From an uncultured Gammaproteobacteria bacterium (GTDB taxonomy: Bacteria; Pseudomonadota; Gammaproteobacteria; UBA9214), in NCBI GenBank assembly GCA_963827755.1, contig CAWHCQ010000031.1, positions 32,001 to 96,000 on the forward strand: 64,000 nucleotides of DNA. The letters are read 5' to 3'. Numbering within the stretch: position 1 is the first letter of the stretch; each line of letters opens with the position of its first letter. The translations under genes and the position numbers were made by a program. Of the stretch, positions 33,931 to 53,490 are shown one piece after another. The notes beneath the pieces were generated by a model. It was not told the DNA's origin. It did no database searches and worked only from the letters and a program-made list of their open reading frames with translations.

Positions 33931-36030
33931 TCAAGAAGCCTTTCTGATAACGGCATCTGCGATACTGCCTGGTGCTTCTGTGTACTTGTCGAATTCCATC
34001 GAGTAGGTTGCCCTGCCCTGGGTTGCCGAACGCAGGTCGGTGGAATACCCGAACATCTCTGCGAGCGGCACCTCCGCACGAATGGTCTTGCCAACCACGC
34101 CATCATCCATGCCGTGGGTAATGCCGCGACGCCGGTTCAGGTCGCCCATCACATCGCCCAGGTATTCTTCCGGGGTTACAACCTCTACCTTCATAACCGG
34201 CTCCAGCAATACCGGGCCTGCTTTTAACGCCCCGGACCTGAATGCCATCGAGCCTGCTATCTTGAACGCCATCTCACTGGAGTCGACATCATGATAGGAA
34301 CCGTCATACAGGGTCACCTTGACGTCCACGACCGGGTAGCCCCCGATCACGCCGTTCTTCATCTGCTCCTGCACACCCTTGTCTACCGATGAGATGTATT
34401 CACGTGGAACAGCACCGCCGACAACGGCATTTTCAAATTCGTAACCGACTCCGGCTTTTTGCGGCTCAATCCTCAGCCAGACATGTCCATACTGGCCACG
34501 GCCACCTGACTGGCGCACAAACTTGCCTTCCTGCTCGACTGTTTTCCGAATCGTCTCCCGATAAGCGACCTGCGGTGCGCCGACATTTGCCTCGACGGCA
34601 AACTCGCGCTTCATGCGGTCAACAATGATATCGAGATGCAATTCACCCATGCCTGAAATAATGGTCTGCCCGGATTCCTCGTCGGTATGCACGCGAAATG
34701 ACGGGTCTTCCTTGGCCAGCTTCTGCAGGGCAATGCCCATTTTTTCCTGGTCGGCCTTGGTTTTTGGCTCAACGGCAACCGAAATCACCGGCTCCGGAAA
34801 TTCCATGCGCTCCAGCGTAATGACGTGATCCGGATTGCAAAGCGTGTCACCGGTTGTAACGTCCTTGAGGCCGACCGCTGCCGCGATGTCCCCGGCGCGC
34901 ACTTCCTTGATCTCTTCACGGCTGTTGGCATGCATCTGCAAAATACGGCCAATGCGCTCTTTCTTGCCTTTCACCGGGTTGTATATCGTGTCTCCGGACG
35001 CCAGCACTCCCGAATAAACACGGAAGAAAGTCAGGTTGCCTACAAACGGATCCGTGGCAATCTTGAAGGCCAGCGAGGCAAACGGCTCTTCATCAGATGC
35101 ATGGCGTTCGTCTTCCGTCTCCTCTGCATCGTTCAAATGCCCGGTAATCGCAGGCACATCCAGCGGCGAAGGCATGTAGTAGATGACCGAGTCCAGCATT
35201 GCCTGCACACCTTTATTCTTGAATGCCGAACCGCACAGGGCCGGGACTATTTCATTGGCCAGCGTGCGCGCCCGAATGCCTTCACGAATCTCTGTCTCGG
35301 ACAACTCGCCTGATTCCAGGTACTTTTCCATCAGCGCATCCGTTGCTTCTGCAGCGGATTCGATCATGTGCTCGCGCCATTCCTTGCAGGCGTCGATCAT
35401 GTCAGCCGGAATCTCCCTTTCCTCGTAGGTCATGCCCTTGTCGGACTCATTCCAGTAAATCGCTTTCATCCGCACCAGGTCGACCAGGCCCTTGAAGTTC
35501 TCTTCCGCGCCAATCGGCAGCTGCAGCGGAACCGGGGTGGAACCCAGCCGGGTTCTGATCTGCTCCACCACCCGCAAAAAGTTGGCGCCCGAGCGGTCCA
35601 TCTTGTTCACAAAGGCCATGCGCGGCACGTGGTACTTGTTGGCCTGGCGCCAGACGGTCTCGGACTGCGGCTCGACCCCGCCGACAGCGCAAAATACGGC
35701 ACATGCACCATCGAGTACGCGCAGGGAGCGTTCGACCTCGATCGTGAAATCGACGTGTCCAGGGGTATCGATTATGTTGATACGGTGCTGCGCAAACTGC
35801 TGATCCATTCCTGCCCAGAAGCAGGTAGTGGCAGCAGAGGTAATCGTTATACCGCGTTCCTGCTCCTGCTCCATCCAGTCCATGACAGCGGCGCCATCAT
35901 GTACTTCACCAATCTTGTGCGACACGCCGGTATAGAACAACACGCGCTCGGTCGTCGTGGTCTTGCCCGCATCGATATGCGCCATGATCCCGATATTCCG
36001 ATAACGGTCGATTGGAGTAGAGCGTGCCAC
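33931..36030 (-). CDS. fusA: Elongation factor G
   Basis: [26 protein letters not shown]. Confidence 0.99.
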   Translation of the reverse strand: MARSTPIDRYRNIGIMAHIDAGKTTTTERVLFYTGVSHKIGEVHDGAAVMDWMEQEQERGITITSAATTCFWAGMDQQFAQHRINIIDTPGHVDFTIEVERSLRVLDGACAVFCAVGGVEPQSETVWRQANKYHVPRMAFVNKMDRSGANFLRVVEQIRTRLGSTPVPLQLPIGAEENFKGLVDLVRMKAIYWNESDKGMTYEEREIPADMIDACKEWREHMIESAAEATDALMEKYLESGELSETEIREGIRARTLANEIVPALCGSAFKNKGVQAMLDSVIYYMPSPLDVPAITGHLNDAEETEDERHASDEEPFASLAFKIATDPFVGNLTFFRVYSGVLASGDTIYNPVKGKKERIGRILQMHANSREEIKEVRAGDIAAAVGLKDVTTGDTLCNPDHVITLERMEFPEPVISVAVEPKTKADQEKMGIALQKLAKEDPSFRVHTDEESGQTIISGMGELHLDIIVDRMKREFAVEANVGAPQVAYRETIRKTVEQEGKFVRQSGGRGQYGHVWLRIEPQKAGVGYEFENAVVGGAVPREYISSVDKGVQEQMKNGVIGGYPVVDVKVTLYDGSYHDVDSSEMAFKIAGSMAFRSGALKAGPVLLEPVMKVEVVTPEEYLGDVMGDLNRRRGITHGMDDGVVGKTIRAEVPLAEMFGYSTDLRSATQGRATYSMEFDKYTEAPGSIADAVIRKAS

Positions 36031-36080
36031 TTTTGTATTCCTGTATCCCTGTGCAATTGATGTAACAATTAAAATACGAC

Positions 36081-36551
36081 CTACCAGCGGTAATGAGAAA
36101 AGGCCTTGTTGGCCTCTGCCATCCGATGTGTTTCTTCACGTTTCTTGACTGCATTGCCACGACTCTCGGCAGCGTCCATCAACTCGCCGGCCAGTCGTAA
36201 CGGCATGGACTTTTCACTGCGCTTGCGAGCCGCATCCAGCACCCAGCGCATGGCCAGCGTGGTACGGCGAATCGGGCGCACTTCAATCGGCACCTGGTAG
36301 GTCGCACCACCAACGCGGCGTGATTTCACCTCGACCATGGGGCGCACGTTATCAAGCGCCTTGTCCAGGACCTCGACCGGGTCGTCATTTCCCTTGCCGG
36401 CAATCTGGTCCAGAGCACCGTAGATAATGCGCTCGGCAACCGATTTCTTGCCGGACTGCATAACCATGTTGATAAACTTGGCCAGCATGAGATTCCCGTA
36501 TTTGGGGTCAGGCAGAATCTCTCTTGAACCGATGACTTTTCTTCTCGACAT
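36081..36551 (-). CDS. rpsG: 30S ribosomal protein S7
   Basis: [20 protein letters not shown]. Confidence 0.99.
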   Translation of the reverse strand: MSRRKVIGSREILPDPKYGNLMLAKFINMVMQSGKKSVAERIIYGALDQIAGKGNDDPVEVLDKALDNVRPMVEVKSRRVGGATYQVPIEVRPIRRTTLAMRWVLDAARKRSEKSMPLRLAGELMDAAESRGNAVKKREETHRMAEANKAFSHYRW

Positions 36552-36587
36552 TGCTAATTCTCAATTACTCTTCGGTGTATTAGTGGT

Positions 36588-36962
36588 TCAGGACTTTGGC
36601 CGCTTGGCGCCGTACTTGGAACGACCCTGGCGGCGAGTGGTTACACCCGAGGTATCCAGGCTGCCGCGAACGGTGTGGTAGCGCACGCCAGGTAAATCCT
36701 TTACACGACCGCCTCGAATCAGCACCACCGAGTGTTCCTGGAGGTTATGCCCCTCACCACCGATATAAGTAGTCACCTCAAAGCCATTCGTCAGACGAAC
36801 ACGCGCAACCTTGCGTAAAGCCGAGTTCGGCTTCTTCGGGGTCGTCGTATACACACGTGTACAGACACCGCGTTTCTGCGGACATGCATCCAGCGCAGGG
36901 ACGTTACTCTTTTCCCTTTTCCTGGAACGCGGCTTGCGCACTAGCTGATTGATTGTTGCCAT
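36588..36962 (-). CDS. rpsL: 30S ribosomal protein S12
   Basis: [22 protein letters not shown] (wild-type K43/K88). Confidence 0.99.
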   Translation of the reverse strand: MATINQLVRKPRSRKREKSNVPALDACPQKRGVCTRVYTTTPKKPNSALRKVARVRLTNGFEVTTYIGGEGHNLQEHSVVLIRGGRVKDLPGVRYHTVRGSLDTSGVTTRRQGRSKYGAKRPKS

Positions 36963-37011
36963 TAACCTTGTAACCCTGAAATTCGCCTGGAAATAATTCT
37001 AAGCCACTGAA

Positions 37012-37044
37012 AACAAACGACAGGCCGGACGAGCCGGCCTGTCG
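37012..37044 (-). promoter_or_regulatory. rpsL leader hairpin with U-rich tail
   Basis: CGACAGGCCGG-CTCGT-CCGGCCTGTCG-TTTGTT, immediately downstream of the -10 hexamer. Confidence 0.6.
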
Positions 37045-37055
37045 AGAGAAGCGGA

Positions 37056-37084
37056 ATTCTAGTGACAGGACCAGCCCCTGTCAA
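37056..37084 (-). promoter_or_regulatory. str-operon sigma70 promoter
   Basis: TTGACA-17 bp-TAGAAT. Confidence 0.85.
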
Positions 37085-37094
37085 GCAGGAATTT

Positions 37095-41334
<4,240 letters not shown>

Positions 41335-41361
41335 TTATTACAAACCCGGCTACGTTTATTC

Positions 41362-45439
<4,078 letters not shown>

Positions 45440-45548
45440 CGGTTTTCCTCTCCACTAACAATGAAGAATGCTGTTTATCAGCCCTGCAAATCCGTTTACT
45501 GACAGGGATTCGCGGCGCTGCATAACCCTTCAAATACAACAAGCAGGG

Positions 45549-45580
45549 AAAGGCCGGGTGCCTTATGCACTACCGGCCTG
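45549..45580 (-). promoter_or_regulatory. rplL-rpoB intergenic hairpin (attenuator/P26-like)
   Basis: CAGGCCGGTAGTGCATAAGGCACCCGGCCTTT at the conserved position. Confidence 0.55.
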
Positions 45581-45633
45581 CCCTGTATTTTTTGCGCGTA
45601 CGCAATAACCACTAAAAGCTGCAGAGAGCCCGC

Positions 45634-46008
45634 TTACTTGAGAGCGACGGTTGCGCCGGCCTCATCAAGCTGCTTCTTGATACCCTCGGCTTCTTCCTTG
45701 GAAGCGCCTTCCTTGATAGTGGAAGGAACGCCTTCCACCATTTCCTTTGCTTCCTTCAGGCCCAGACCGGTGATACTGCGTACTGCCTTGATGACGGACA
45801 CCTTGTTGTCGCCAAAACTGCTCATGATAACGTCGAACTCGGTTTGCTCTTCAGCAGCAGCGGCTTCACCACCGGCGGCTGGCGCTGCAGCAACGGCTGC
45901 GGCAGCGGAAACACCAAACTTCTCTTCCATGGCGGCGATCAGATCGACAACTTCCATCACTGTCATGCTTGAAACTGTTTCCAGAATCTCTTCTTGTGAA
46001 ACGGCCAT
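45634..46008 (-). CDS. rplL: 50S ribosomal protein L7/L12
   Basis: [19 protein letters not shown]. Confidence 0.99.
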   Translation of the reverse strand: MAVSQEEILETVSSMTVMEVVDLIAAMEEKFGVSAAAAVAAAPAAGGEAAAAEEQTEFDVIMSSFGDNKVSVIKAVRSITGLGLKEAKEMVEGVPSTIKEGASKEEAEGIKKQLDEAGATVALK

Positions 46009-46054
46009 AACGAATACTCCTGTTAATAATATTTAAAGTTGGAATTGAATAGCT

Positions 46055-46585
46055 TTATGCTGCTTGCTGCTTCTGGTCGCGAATCGCGGCTACCGTACGT
46101 ACAAGCTTGCCCGGCACTTCATTGAGCGTGCGTACAAACTTCTCGGTCGGCGCCAGCATGACTGCCATAAGCAAACTGATAGCCTGGTCGCGGGTCGGGA
46201 GCTTGGCGAGCTTGTCAATGTCTGACGGCTCGAGCAGCTCGCCACCAACAGAAAGCATGGTTACCTCGAACTTGCCGTATTGCTTGGCAAAGTCCTTGGT
46301 TACACGTGCGGCAGCACCGGGATCTTCCCTGGAAAATGCCAGGATCAAGGGTCCGGTCAAACGCCCGGTCATGCATTCGAAGTCAGTGTTTGCCAGGGCA
46401 CGACGCGCCAGCGTGTTTTTCACGACACGCAAATAGACGTTGTCCTCGCGTGCTCGCACACGCAGGTCAGTCATCTGATCAACCGTAATACCGCGATATT
46501 CCGCGGCCACGGCCGACAGGGCCCCTTTTGCAACTGCAGATACTTCAGCAACAACAGCCTTTTTCTCTTCAAGAGTTAATGCCAT
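46055..46585 (-). CDS. rplJ: 50S ribosomal protein L10
   Basis: MALTLEEKKAVVAEV, VVKNTLARRA. Confidence 0.98.
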   Translation of the reverse strand: MALTLEEKKAVVAEVSAVAKGALSAVAAEYRGITVDQMTDLRVRAREDNVYLRVVKNTLARRALANTDFECMTGRLTGPLILAFSREDPGAAARVTKDFAKQYGKFEVTMLSVGGELLEPSDIDKLAKLPTRDQAISLLMAVMLAPTEKFVRTLNEVPGKLVRTVAAIRDQKQQAA

Positions 46586-46717
46586 TGTGATTACCTCTTC
46601 AGAAAATCGCGCACAACACCATGCCGCACGGTCTTTTCTGCCAATTGACAACACGCCGGCAGCCAGCACCGACGCATACTATCTGGTGACTTGAAGACAG
46701 AAGACTGTCACGACGTC

Positions 46718-46797
46718 ACCCTCTGCGCAGGCCGCCCCGCTGTCGCGGAACCATTAAACCCGGCCAGACATGCCAGGTACCTGCGGTCTCTGACGGC
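46718..46797 (-). ncRNA. L10 leader (rplJ autoregulatory RNA)
   Basis: GTCAGAGACCGCAGG...TTAAT...CCTGCGCAGAGGGT pattern upstream of rplJ. Confidence 0.7.
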
Positions 46798-46901
46798 CAC
46801 CGGCAGGTGCCGGCTTACGTCAAACTATCCAGAAAGCCGTTCAGCTTCCCGCAATTCTCTCAAACCCTCCGCCCGGCCAGGGGGAGGCAACAAAAACAAA
46901 C

Positions 46902-47597
46902 CTACAATTCAAGCGATGCCTGGTCCACGGGGAGGCCCGGCCCCATCGTGGTCGACACCGAAATCTTCTTCAGGTACACGCCCTTGGCCGATGTCGGCTT
47001 GGTCTTGTTCAGGTCAGCCAGCAAGGCGCCCAGGTTTTCTTTCAGGGCGCTGATTTCGAAATCAGCCCTGCCGATCTGGCAGTGGATGATTCCCGCCTTG
47101 TCCGTGCGGTAGCGCACCTGGCCGGCCTTGGCATTTTTGACCGCTGTCGCAACGTCCTGGGCCACGGTTCCGACTTTCGGGTTGGGCATCAGGCCGCGCG
47201 GGCCGAGGATCTGTCCCAGGGTGCCGACAACGCGCATGGCATCCGGCGAGGCGATCACCACGTCAAAATCCATGTTGCCCTTCTTGACCTCTTCCGCCAG
47301 GTCTTCCATGCCGACGATATCCGCGCCCGCTTCCCTGGCCGCGTCTGCATTTGCGCCCTGGGTGAAGACCGCAACCCGCACGGTTTTACCGGTACCGTTC
47401 GGTAATACCGTCGAACCGCGCACCGCCTGATCTGACTTGCGCGCGTCAATGCCAAGGTTGACGCTGACATCGACAGACTCCTTGAACTTGACCGTGGACA
47501 GTTCCTGCAACAGGGCCAGTGCCTCATCGATCGGGTACTGCTTGCCCGCGGTGAGTTTTTCCTTAATGAGCTTTGCTCTTTTCGTTAACCTGGTCAT
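46902..47597 (-). CDS. rplA: 50S ribosomal protein L1
   Basis: [22 protein letters not shown]. Confidence 0.99.
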   Translation of the reverse strand: MTRLTKRAKLIKEKLTAGKQYPIDEALALLQELSTVKFKESVDVSVNLGIDARKSDQAVRGSTVLPNGTGKTVRVAVFTQGANADAAREAGADIVGMEDLAEEVKKGNMDFDVVIASPDAMRVVGTLGQILGPRGLMPNPKVGTVAQDVATAVKNAKAGQVRYRTDKAGIIHCQIGRADFEISALKENLGALLADLNKTKPTSAKGVYLKKISVSTTMGPGLPVDQASLEL

Positions 47598-47601
47598 ACC
47601 C

Positions 47602-48030
47602 CTATCCCTCTACATCGATGCCCATACTGCGGGCACTTCCGGCAATAATCTGAACCGCTGCATCCATATCGGCAGCGTTCAGGTCAGGCATCTTTACAGT
47701 TGCGATCTCTTCCAGCTGGGCACGCGTTACCTTGCCGACCTTGTCCGTATTCGGCGTACCGGAACCCTTGGCAAGACCCAGCGCCTTCTTCAGCAGAACC
47801 GAGGCCGGCGGCGTCTTGGTAATGAATGTAAAGCTGCGGTCGTTATAGACAGTAATCACGACCGGGGTCGGCAGGCCTTTTTCAAGCTTCTGCGTCTGCG
47901 CATTGAACGCCTTGCAGAATTCCATGATATTCACGCCATGCTGACCCAGCGCAGGGCCGACAGGCGGACTCGGATTGGCTTCACCTGCAGGAACCTGCAG
48001 CTTGATGTATGCCTCGATTTTCTTTGCCAT
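47602..48030 (-). CDS. rplK: 50S ribosomal protein L11
   Basis: [15 protein letters not shown]. Confidence 0.99.
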   Translation of the reverse strand: MAKKIEAYIKLQVPAGEANPSPPVGPALGQHGVNIMEFCKAFNAQTQKLEKGLPTPVVITVYNDRSFTFITKTPPASVLLKKALGLAKGSGTPNTDKVGKVTRAQLEEIATVKMPDLNAADMDAAVQIIAGSARSMGIDVEG

Positions 48031-48042
48031 TTTTTAACTCCT

Positions 48043-48069
48043 GTGGGTACAAGCGCCTTGCGGCTCCCC
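48043..48069 (-). promoter_or_regulatory. L1-binding translational operator of rplK
   Basis: GGGGAGCC-GCAA-GGCGCTTGTACCC just upstream of the rplK RBS. Confidence 0.7.
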
Positions 48070-48087
48070 TGTTACATAAACTTAGGT

Positions 48088-48150
48088 GTAGGAGCGGATC
48101 TCATCCGCGATTTTTACTGCAAAACGTTCGCGCTCGCGGAGCGCTCCTGC
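48088..48150. repeat. REP doublet, family B
   Basis: GTAGGAGCGGATCTCATCCGCGAT (48088-48111) and inverted copy ending CGCTCCTGC (48127-48150). Confidence 0.85.
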
Positions 48151-48161
48151 ATGTATTACAG

Positions 48162-48695
48162 CTAGGCCTTCTCGACCTGGCCGAACTCAAGCTCAACCGG
48201 TGTTGACCGGCCGAAGATCAGTACCGATACACGCAGCCGGCTCTTTTCATAATTGACCTCTTCAACCACGCCGTTGAAGTCATTAAACGGGCCATCAGTG
48301 ACACGCACCACTTCGCCCGGCTCAAACAGCACCTTCGGCCTGGGCTTGTCGACACCTTCCTGCACACGCTGCAGAATGGCATTCGCTTCCTTTTCAGAAA
48401 TCGGTGCCGGCTTGTCACTGGTTCCACCGATGAACCCCAGCACCTTGGGCGCATCCTTGACCAGGTGCCAGGTATCTTCATTCATATCCATCTGCACCAG
48501 CACATAACCCGGAAAGAACTTGCGCTCGCTTTTACGCTTGGTCCCTTCGCGCATTTCAACGACTTCTTCCACGGGCACCAGGATTTCACCAAATGCATCC
48601 GTCATTTCGGCGCGCGCAATACGCTCTTCAAGAGCGCGCTTGACCTGGTTCTCAAAACCGGAATAGGCGTGCACTACATACCACTGCAACGACAT
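48162..48695 (-). CDS. nusG: Transcription factor NusG
   Basis: [29 protein letters not shown]. Confidence 0.99.
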   Translation of the reverse strand: MSLQWYVVHAYSGFENQVKRALEERIARAEMTDAFGEILVPVEEVVEMREGTKRKSERKFFPGYVLVQMDMNEDTWHLVKDAPKVLGFIGGTSDKPAPISEKEANAILQRVQEGVDKPRPKVLFEPGEVVRVTDGPFNDFNGVVEEVNYEKSRLRVSVLIFGRSTPVELEFGQVEKA

Positions 48696-48697
48696 CG

Positions 48698-49075
48698 TCA
48701 GCCACCCTGTCCGGTCAACATTTGAATAGCCGCCAGCAATACCATGTCCAGCAACCAGAGGAGAATCCCCATAATCAGCACGATCACAAGCACTGCCAGT
48801 GTCGTCTGCGTCGTCTCTGTCCGTGTCGGCCAGACAACACGCTGCACCTCTCTCTTGGCGCCGCTGATGAAACCGAAAACTCTTTTGCCCGTGCTTGACT
48901 GTGCCGCGATAGCCACCGAAATTGCGGTTAAGGCGAGCAACCCGACCACGCGTAACAGCGGCGACTGATCGTCATAGTAATAAAAGGCAAAAATTGCGCC
49001 GCACAGCAACAGCACGGCCACGCCCAACTTGAGAGAGTCGAGCCGGTTACCGCCTGTTTCAACTTTTTCGTTCAT
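48698..49075 (-). CDS. secE: Preprotein translocase SecE (three TM helices)
   Basis: [10 protein letters not shown] motif; directly upstream of nusG. Confidence 0.96.
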   Translation of the reverse strand: MNEKVETGGNRLDSLKLGVAVLLLCGAIFAFYYYDDQSPLLRVVGLLALTAISVAIAAQSSTGKRVFGFISGAKREVQRVVWPTRTETTQTTLAVLVIVLIMGILLWLLDMVLLAAIQMLTGQGG

Positions 49076-49116
49076 AATTTCCCGGAGCAAGATTGCAACT
49101 TCTTCGCCGTAATCAT

Positions 49117-49192
49117 TGGCAGGCCAGGAGGGAATCGAACCCCCAACCTACGGTTTTGGAGACCGTCGCTCTGCCAATTGAGCTACTGGCCT
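49117..49192 (-). tRNA. tRNA-Trp(CCA)
   Basis: 76-nt cloverleaf, anticodon loop CTCCAAA, encoded CCA end. Confidence 0.97.
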
Positions 49193-49247
49193 GTAAACTA
49201 TTTACCCTCAACCTGGCGACAGGTCAGGGCCTGTGCGCTGCGCTTGA

Positions 49248-50438
49248 TCACTCGAGGATCTTGGACACGACGCCGGCGCCGACGGTACGGCCGCCTTCAC
49301 GAATCGCGAAGCGCAGACCATCCTCCATCGCGATCGGTGCAATCAACGACACCGTCATCTTGATGTTGTCACCCGGCATCACCATCTCCACACCTTCCGG
49401 CAAATCACACGCACCGGTCACGTCCGTCGTGCGGAAGTAAAACTGCGGCCGGTAATTGCTGAAAAACGGCGTGTGACGTCCACCCTCATCCTTGCTCAGG
49501 ATGTACACCTCGCACTCGAACTTGGTGTGCGGCGTAATACTCCCCGGCTTCGCCAGCACCTGGCCGCGCTCGACCTCTTCACGCTTGGTGCCACGCAGCA
49601 GCACACCCACGTTGTCACCCGCACGGCCTTCGTCCAGCAACTTGCGAAACATCTCGACACCCGTGCAGGTCGTCGCCAGCGTGTCCTTGATGCCGACAAT
49701 CTGCAGCTCTTCGCCAACCTTGACGATACCGCGCTCGATACGACCCGTGACCACCGTGCCGCGGCCCGAAATCGAGAACACGTCCTCGACCGGCATCAGA
49801 AAATCACCGTCGATCGCACGCTCCGGCTCCGGAATGTACTTGTCCATCTCCTCAACCAGCTTGAGGATCGAGGGCACACCGATATCACTGGTGTCGCCTT
49901 CCAGCGCCTTCAGCGCCGAACCCGTCACGATCGGGGTGTCGTCACCCGGGAAATCGTACTTGTCCAGCAGCTCGCGAATCTCCATCTCGACCAGCTCCAG
50001 CAGCTCCGCATCATCGACCTGGTCGGCCTTGTTCATGTAAACCAGTATATAAGGCACGCCCACCTGGCGGGACAGCAGGATGTGCTCACGCGTCTGCGGC
50101 ATCGGGCCGTCTGCGGCACTCACTACCAGGATCGCACCGTCCATCTGCGCCGCACCCGTGATCATGTTCTTCACGTAGTCAGCATGGCCCGGGCAGTCGA
50201 CGTGCGCATAGTGGCGGTTCGGTGACTCGTATTCCACGTGCGACGTCGCAATCGTGATGCCGCGCTCGCGTTCTTCCGGCGCATTGTCAATCTGGTCGAA
50301 GGCCTTGAACTCACCACCGTGCGCTTCTGCCATCACCTTCGTGATCGCTGCCGTTAACGTTGTCTTGCCATGATCCACATGCCCGATCGTTCCAACGTTG
50401 ACATGCGGCTTGGTACGTTCAAATTTTTCCTTGGACAT
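49248..50438 (-). CDS. tuf: Elongation factor Tu (tRNA-operon copy)
   Basis: Protein identical to the 32705..33895 copy except C-terminal ILE vs IIE. Confidence 0.99.
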   Translation of the reverse strand: MSKEKFERTKPHVNVGTIGHVDHGKTTLTAAITKVMAEAHGGEFKAFDQIDNAPEERERGITIATSHVEYESPNRHYAHVDCPGHADYVKNMITGAAQMDGAILVVSAADGPMPQTREHILLSRQVGVPYILVYMNKADQVDDAELLELVEMEIRELLDKYDFPGDDTPIVTGSALKALEGDTSDIGVPSILKLVEEMDKYIPEPERAIDGDFLMPVEDVFSISGRGTVVTGRIERGIVKVGEELQIVGIKDTLATTCTGVEMFRKLLDEGRAGDNVGVLLRGTKREEVERGQVLAKPGSITPHTKFECEVYILSKDEGGRHTPFFSNYRPQFYFRTTDVTGACDLPEGVEMVMPGDNIKMTVSLIAPIAMEDGLRFAIREGGRTVGAGVVSKILE

Positions 50439-50497
50439 TACACCTGACTCCCGTTCCTGTTTGCACGATTACACTCAACCAAATTGGTAACAACTAC

Positions 50498-50573
<76 letters not shown>

Positions 50574-50674
50574 AATTAACCCTTAAGCAAAACAAATGTG
50601 GCCGGATCTCTTTTCACCCCGGGCTCACAACACATCTCTTTCAAAAAAAACCGGGGGTCCAGCCCCGTCTGTAT

Positions 50675-50748
<74 letters not shown>

Positions 50749-50858
50749 CTGGCTAATCGCCCTGTCTTCAAGAAGTTACTCGCACGGCATAGCGGCGATT
50801 TCGTGAACCTCTGTCGGTTCAAATCCTCCCCATTAGCTGCAGGGAAGTAACCATCCTC

Positions 50859-50943
50859 TGGTGGAGGGGGGAGGATTTGAACCTCCGAAGGCTGAGCCGT
50901 CAGATTTACAGTCTGATCCCTTTGACCACTCGGGAACCCCTCC
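50859..50943 (-). tRNA. tRNA-Tyr(GTA)
   Basis: 85 nt with long variable arm, anticodon loop CTGTAAA. Confidence 0.97.
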
Positions 50944-50959
50944 AAAAAGCAAGCCCGCT

Positions 50960-50988
50960 ATTGTCTTGCAGGCGTTGGTGAGAGTCAA
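50960..50988 (-). promoter_or_regulatory. tRNA-tuf operon promoter
   Basis: TTGACT-17 bp-GACAAT followed by the GC-rich discriminator AGCGGGC. Confidence 0.7.
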
Positions 50989-51352
50989 CAACAATACGGC
51001 ATTGAATCAGTATCCATTCCGGTTGCAGCGGGATGTGTGACGTGAAATACAGTGCCGCCTGCCGCCAGCGCCAACCCGCCCCGTACTGCTGACTGTATTC
51101 CGTTGATTCATATGCAGTTACAGAAAAGCTCATGGAACAGCCGGCCGGGATTGCCGCATCCGCCCGCGACACATGCCCTGGCATACGGCCACCGGCCTGC
51201 TCTGCGAGGATGATGAGCAAGCTGGTGCGGCGCCCGGGCTGAAACGGGGTGCGCGCCCACCGGCAGCACCCGCAGACGGGGCACTGAAAACCCCGCCACC
51301 TGGCCCTATCTATCTGTTCTATATGAAATTAAACCAAGACATCAGACGGACA

Positions 51353-51377
51353 GCAACCCCTGCGGCGCAGGGGTTGC
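51353..51377. terminator. Strong hairpin after the YbaK-family gene
   Basis: GCAACCCCTGC-GGC-GCAGGGGTTGC; weak U-tail. Confidence 0.5.
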
Positions 51378-51393
51378 AGTGTCCCGGGACGTT

Positions 51394-51861
51394 CTAGTGG
51401 CTGAACTGACCGTGCCGAATGCCCTCACCGAGCAAGGCCTCGAACACTTCAGCACTCACATGGATCAATTGCTCATGGTCGCCGGCCTCGAAATAGACTT
51501 CCGGCTGTTCCGCCAGCGCGTCGTCAACGATTGTTTCCACGCCATAGGCGGGCCCGATGGCCGGCAGTGCGCCGATTTCACAGTCGTGAAACAAGCGGCC
51601 CAGCTCGCTTTCCAGTGCCAGGCCGAGGTTGCGATTCAGCACCCGGTGCAACTCCCCCATGTCGACCTGCCGACTCGCCGGCAAGACAACCATGAGATAA
51701 CCCTGGTCATCTTCCAGCACCACAGATTTTGCCAGACGACCACCCGGAACATGCGAGGATTCAGCCGTTTCACCACTGCTGCTCGTATGCGCGTGCGTCA
51801 GGACATCGTATTCCACATCATGCTGTGCCAGAAAATCCGACACTGTTACCGGAATAGACAT
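51394..51861 (-). CDS. YbaK/ProX aminoacyl-tRNA deacylase family protein
   Basis: LAKSVVLED, DCEIGALPAIG, YFEAGDH. Confidence 0.88.
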   Translation of the reverse strand: MSIPVTVSDFLAQHDVEYDVLTHAHTSSSGETAESSHVPGGRLAKSVVLEDDQGYLMVVLPASRQVDMGELHRVLNRNLGLALESELGRLFHDCEIGALPAIGPAYGVETIVDDALAEQPEVYFEAGDHEQLIHVSAEVFEALLGEGIRHGQFSH

Positions 51862-51936
51862 GATCCAACCCTCCAGTCAAAAGTTACACGTATTCAAGTA
51901 TAGATCACCAGATTTATTCTGCTGCAAGCGCGCGTT

Positions 51937-52491
51937 TCAGGCGCGCCTGCGCTGTTGAATGCTGAAGGCCCCGAGCTGCCGATACCAGCTGACCAGATCC
52001 GCCAGGGAATAGGCCGCATTGGCCGGACTCGGGTTTGGCGTGACAAATACCCGGCTCTCGCCGATGGAAAACAGCTGTGCGCCCCAGCGCGGTTTTTCCC
52101 GCAGATCTTCTGCATAGCGCAGGTAATTGACGTAGGCCTGCTTGCCGTGAAACCAGGCAACGCCGGGTGCATTGCGCTCAATTTTTTCTTTTAGCAGCGG
52201 CGCCCACTCGCGATAATCTGCGGCGCGCAGCTCATTGCCACCGGCCGTGGGGCGCTTCACAACATCGGTAAAACCGATACCGAATTTATGGAACAGTGTT
52301 TCATTGGCCGCGATACCCGGCTTGAGTGTTTCGGTCACCAGGTTGCTGGCATTCAGCGCGCGCCAGAAGCGGTTGCGCGGGTTTGCAAAATAAAAGCCGG
52401 CGCGCACGGATGGCAATGACGGGTTCAGGCCAATGGAAAGAATGCCGAGGCCGGGACGGAGGTAATCGGGAAGGGTGTTGAGATTTTTCAT
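51937..52491 (-). CDS. mug: Mismatch-specific uracil/thymine DNA glycosylase (UDG family 2)
   Basis: GLNPS, FANPRNRFW, TDVVKRPT, PNPSPAN. Confidence 0.9.
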   Translation of the reverse strand: MKNLNTLPDYLRPGLGILSIGLNPSLPSVRAGFYFANPRNRFWRALNASNLVTETLKPGIAANETLFHKFGIGFTDVVKRPTAGGNELRAADYREWAPLLKEKIERNAPGVAWFHGKQAYVNYLRYAEDLREKPRWGAQLFSIGESRVFVTPNPSPANAAYSLADLVSWYRQLGAFSIQQRRRA

Positions 52492-52498
52492 GGCGGCC

Positions 52499-53488
52499 TT
52501 ACTCCAGGGCCACCACGTAACGCCCCCGGTGTTCCCCCCTGAGCAGTTCTTCACAGGCAAGGGGTAATTCATCAAGACTGACTGTCCCGGCAACAATCCT
52601 GTCGAGGTGTCGCGGTTTCAGGTCTGTCACCAGCCGCTTCCAGATTTTCCTGCGGCGCTGCATCGGGCAGTTGGCCGAGGTTATCCCGAGAATACTGATA
52701 CCCCGCAGGATGAACGGCATGACGCTGGTGTGCAGTTCCGTGCCACTGGCCATACCGATGCTGGCGATGTTCCCCCAGGGTTTAACGGTGCGCGTTAACC
52801 AGGCAAGTGTGTCGCCGCCGACATTGTCGATCGCCCCGCCCCAAAGCGCCTTTTCCAGCGGACGACGCCCGTACTCCCGGGTGCTGCGATCGAGCACGTC
52901 GCTGGCGCCGAGGCCCTGCAGCCAGGTGCTTGCATCTGCCTTTCCGGTCAGGGCGGTGACTTCGTAGCCGCGGCTGCTCAACAGGTCGATGGCAAGACTG
53001 CCCACGCCCCCGCTTGCACCGGTGACGATGACCGGGCCGGCATCCGGACGCTGTGCATTGCGTTCCAGCTGGTCGATCGCCAGCGCCGCGGTAAAACCCG
53101 CGGTGCCCAGCGCCATGGCATCGAACAGGCCCAGGCCGGGCGGCAGCGGCACGACCCAGTCGGCAGGAACACGCACCACCTCTGAAAACCCGCCGTCGTG
53201 GCTCTCGCCAAGGCCGCAGCCGGTGACCAGCACTTCATCACCCGGCCGGAAACGCGCATCGTCAGACCCGGCAACAACGCCCGCGACATCGACGCCGGCC
53301 ACCAGCGGGAAGTGACGCAGTATCCTGCCCTTGCCGGTGACGGCCAGCGCATCTTTATAATTGATACTGGAGAAACGGGCCTGGATGACGACCTCACCGG
53401 GCGCGAGGTCACTGACTGAAAGTGTTTCAAGACGTGCCTCGGTGCCGTTACCCTGTGCATGGACCCGCAAGGCCCGAAAGGCATCCAT
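52499..53488 (-). CDS. Acryloyl-CoA reductase AcuI/YhdH-family oxidoreductase
   Basis: SSINYKDALA, GTAGFTAAL, TGASGGVGS, MPFILRG. Confidence 0.9.
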   Translation of the reverse strand: MDAFRALRVHAQGNGTEARLETLSVSDLAPGEVVIQARFSSINYKDALAVTGKGRILRHFPLVAGVDVAGVVAGSDDARFRPGDEVLVTGCGLGESHDGGFSEVVRVPADWVVPLPPGLGLFDAMALGTAGFTAALAIDQLERNAQRPDAGPVIVTGASGGVGSLAIDLLSSRGYEVTALTGKADASTWLQGLGASDVLDRSTREYGRRPLEKALWGGAIDNVGGDTLAWLTRTVKPWGNIASIGMASGTELHTSVMPFILRGISILGITSANCPMQRRRKIWKRLVTDLKPRHLDRIVAGTVSLDELPLACEELLRGEHRGRYVVALE

Positions 53489-53490
53489 GT

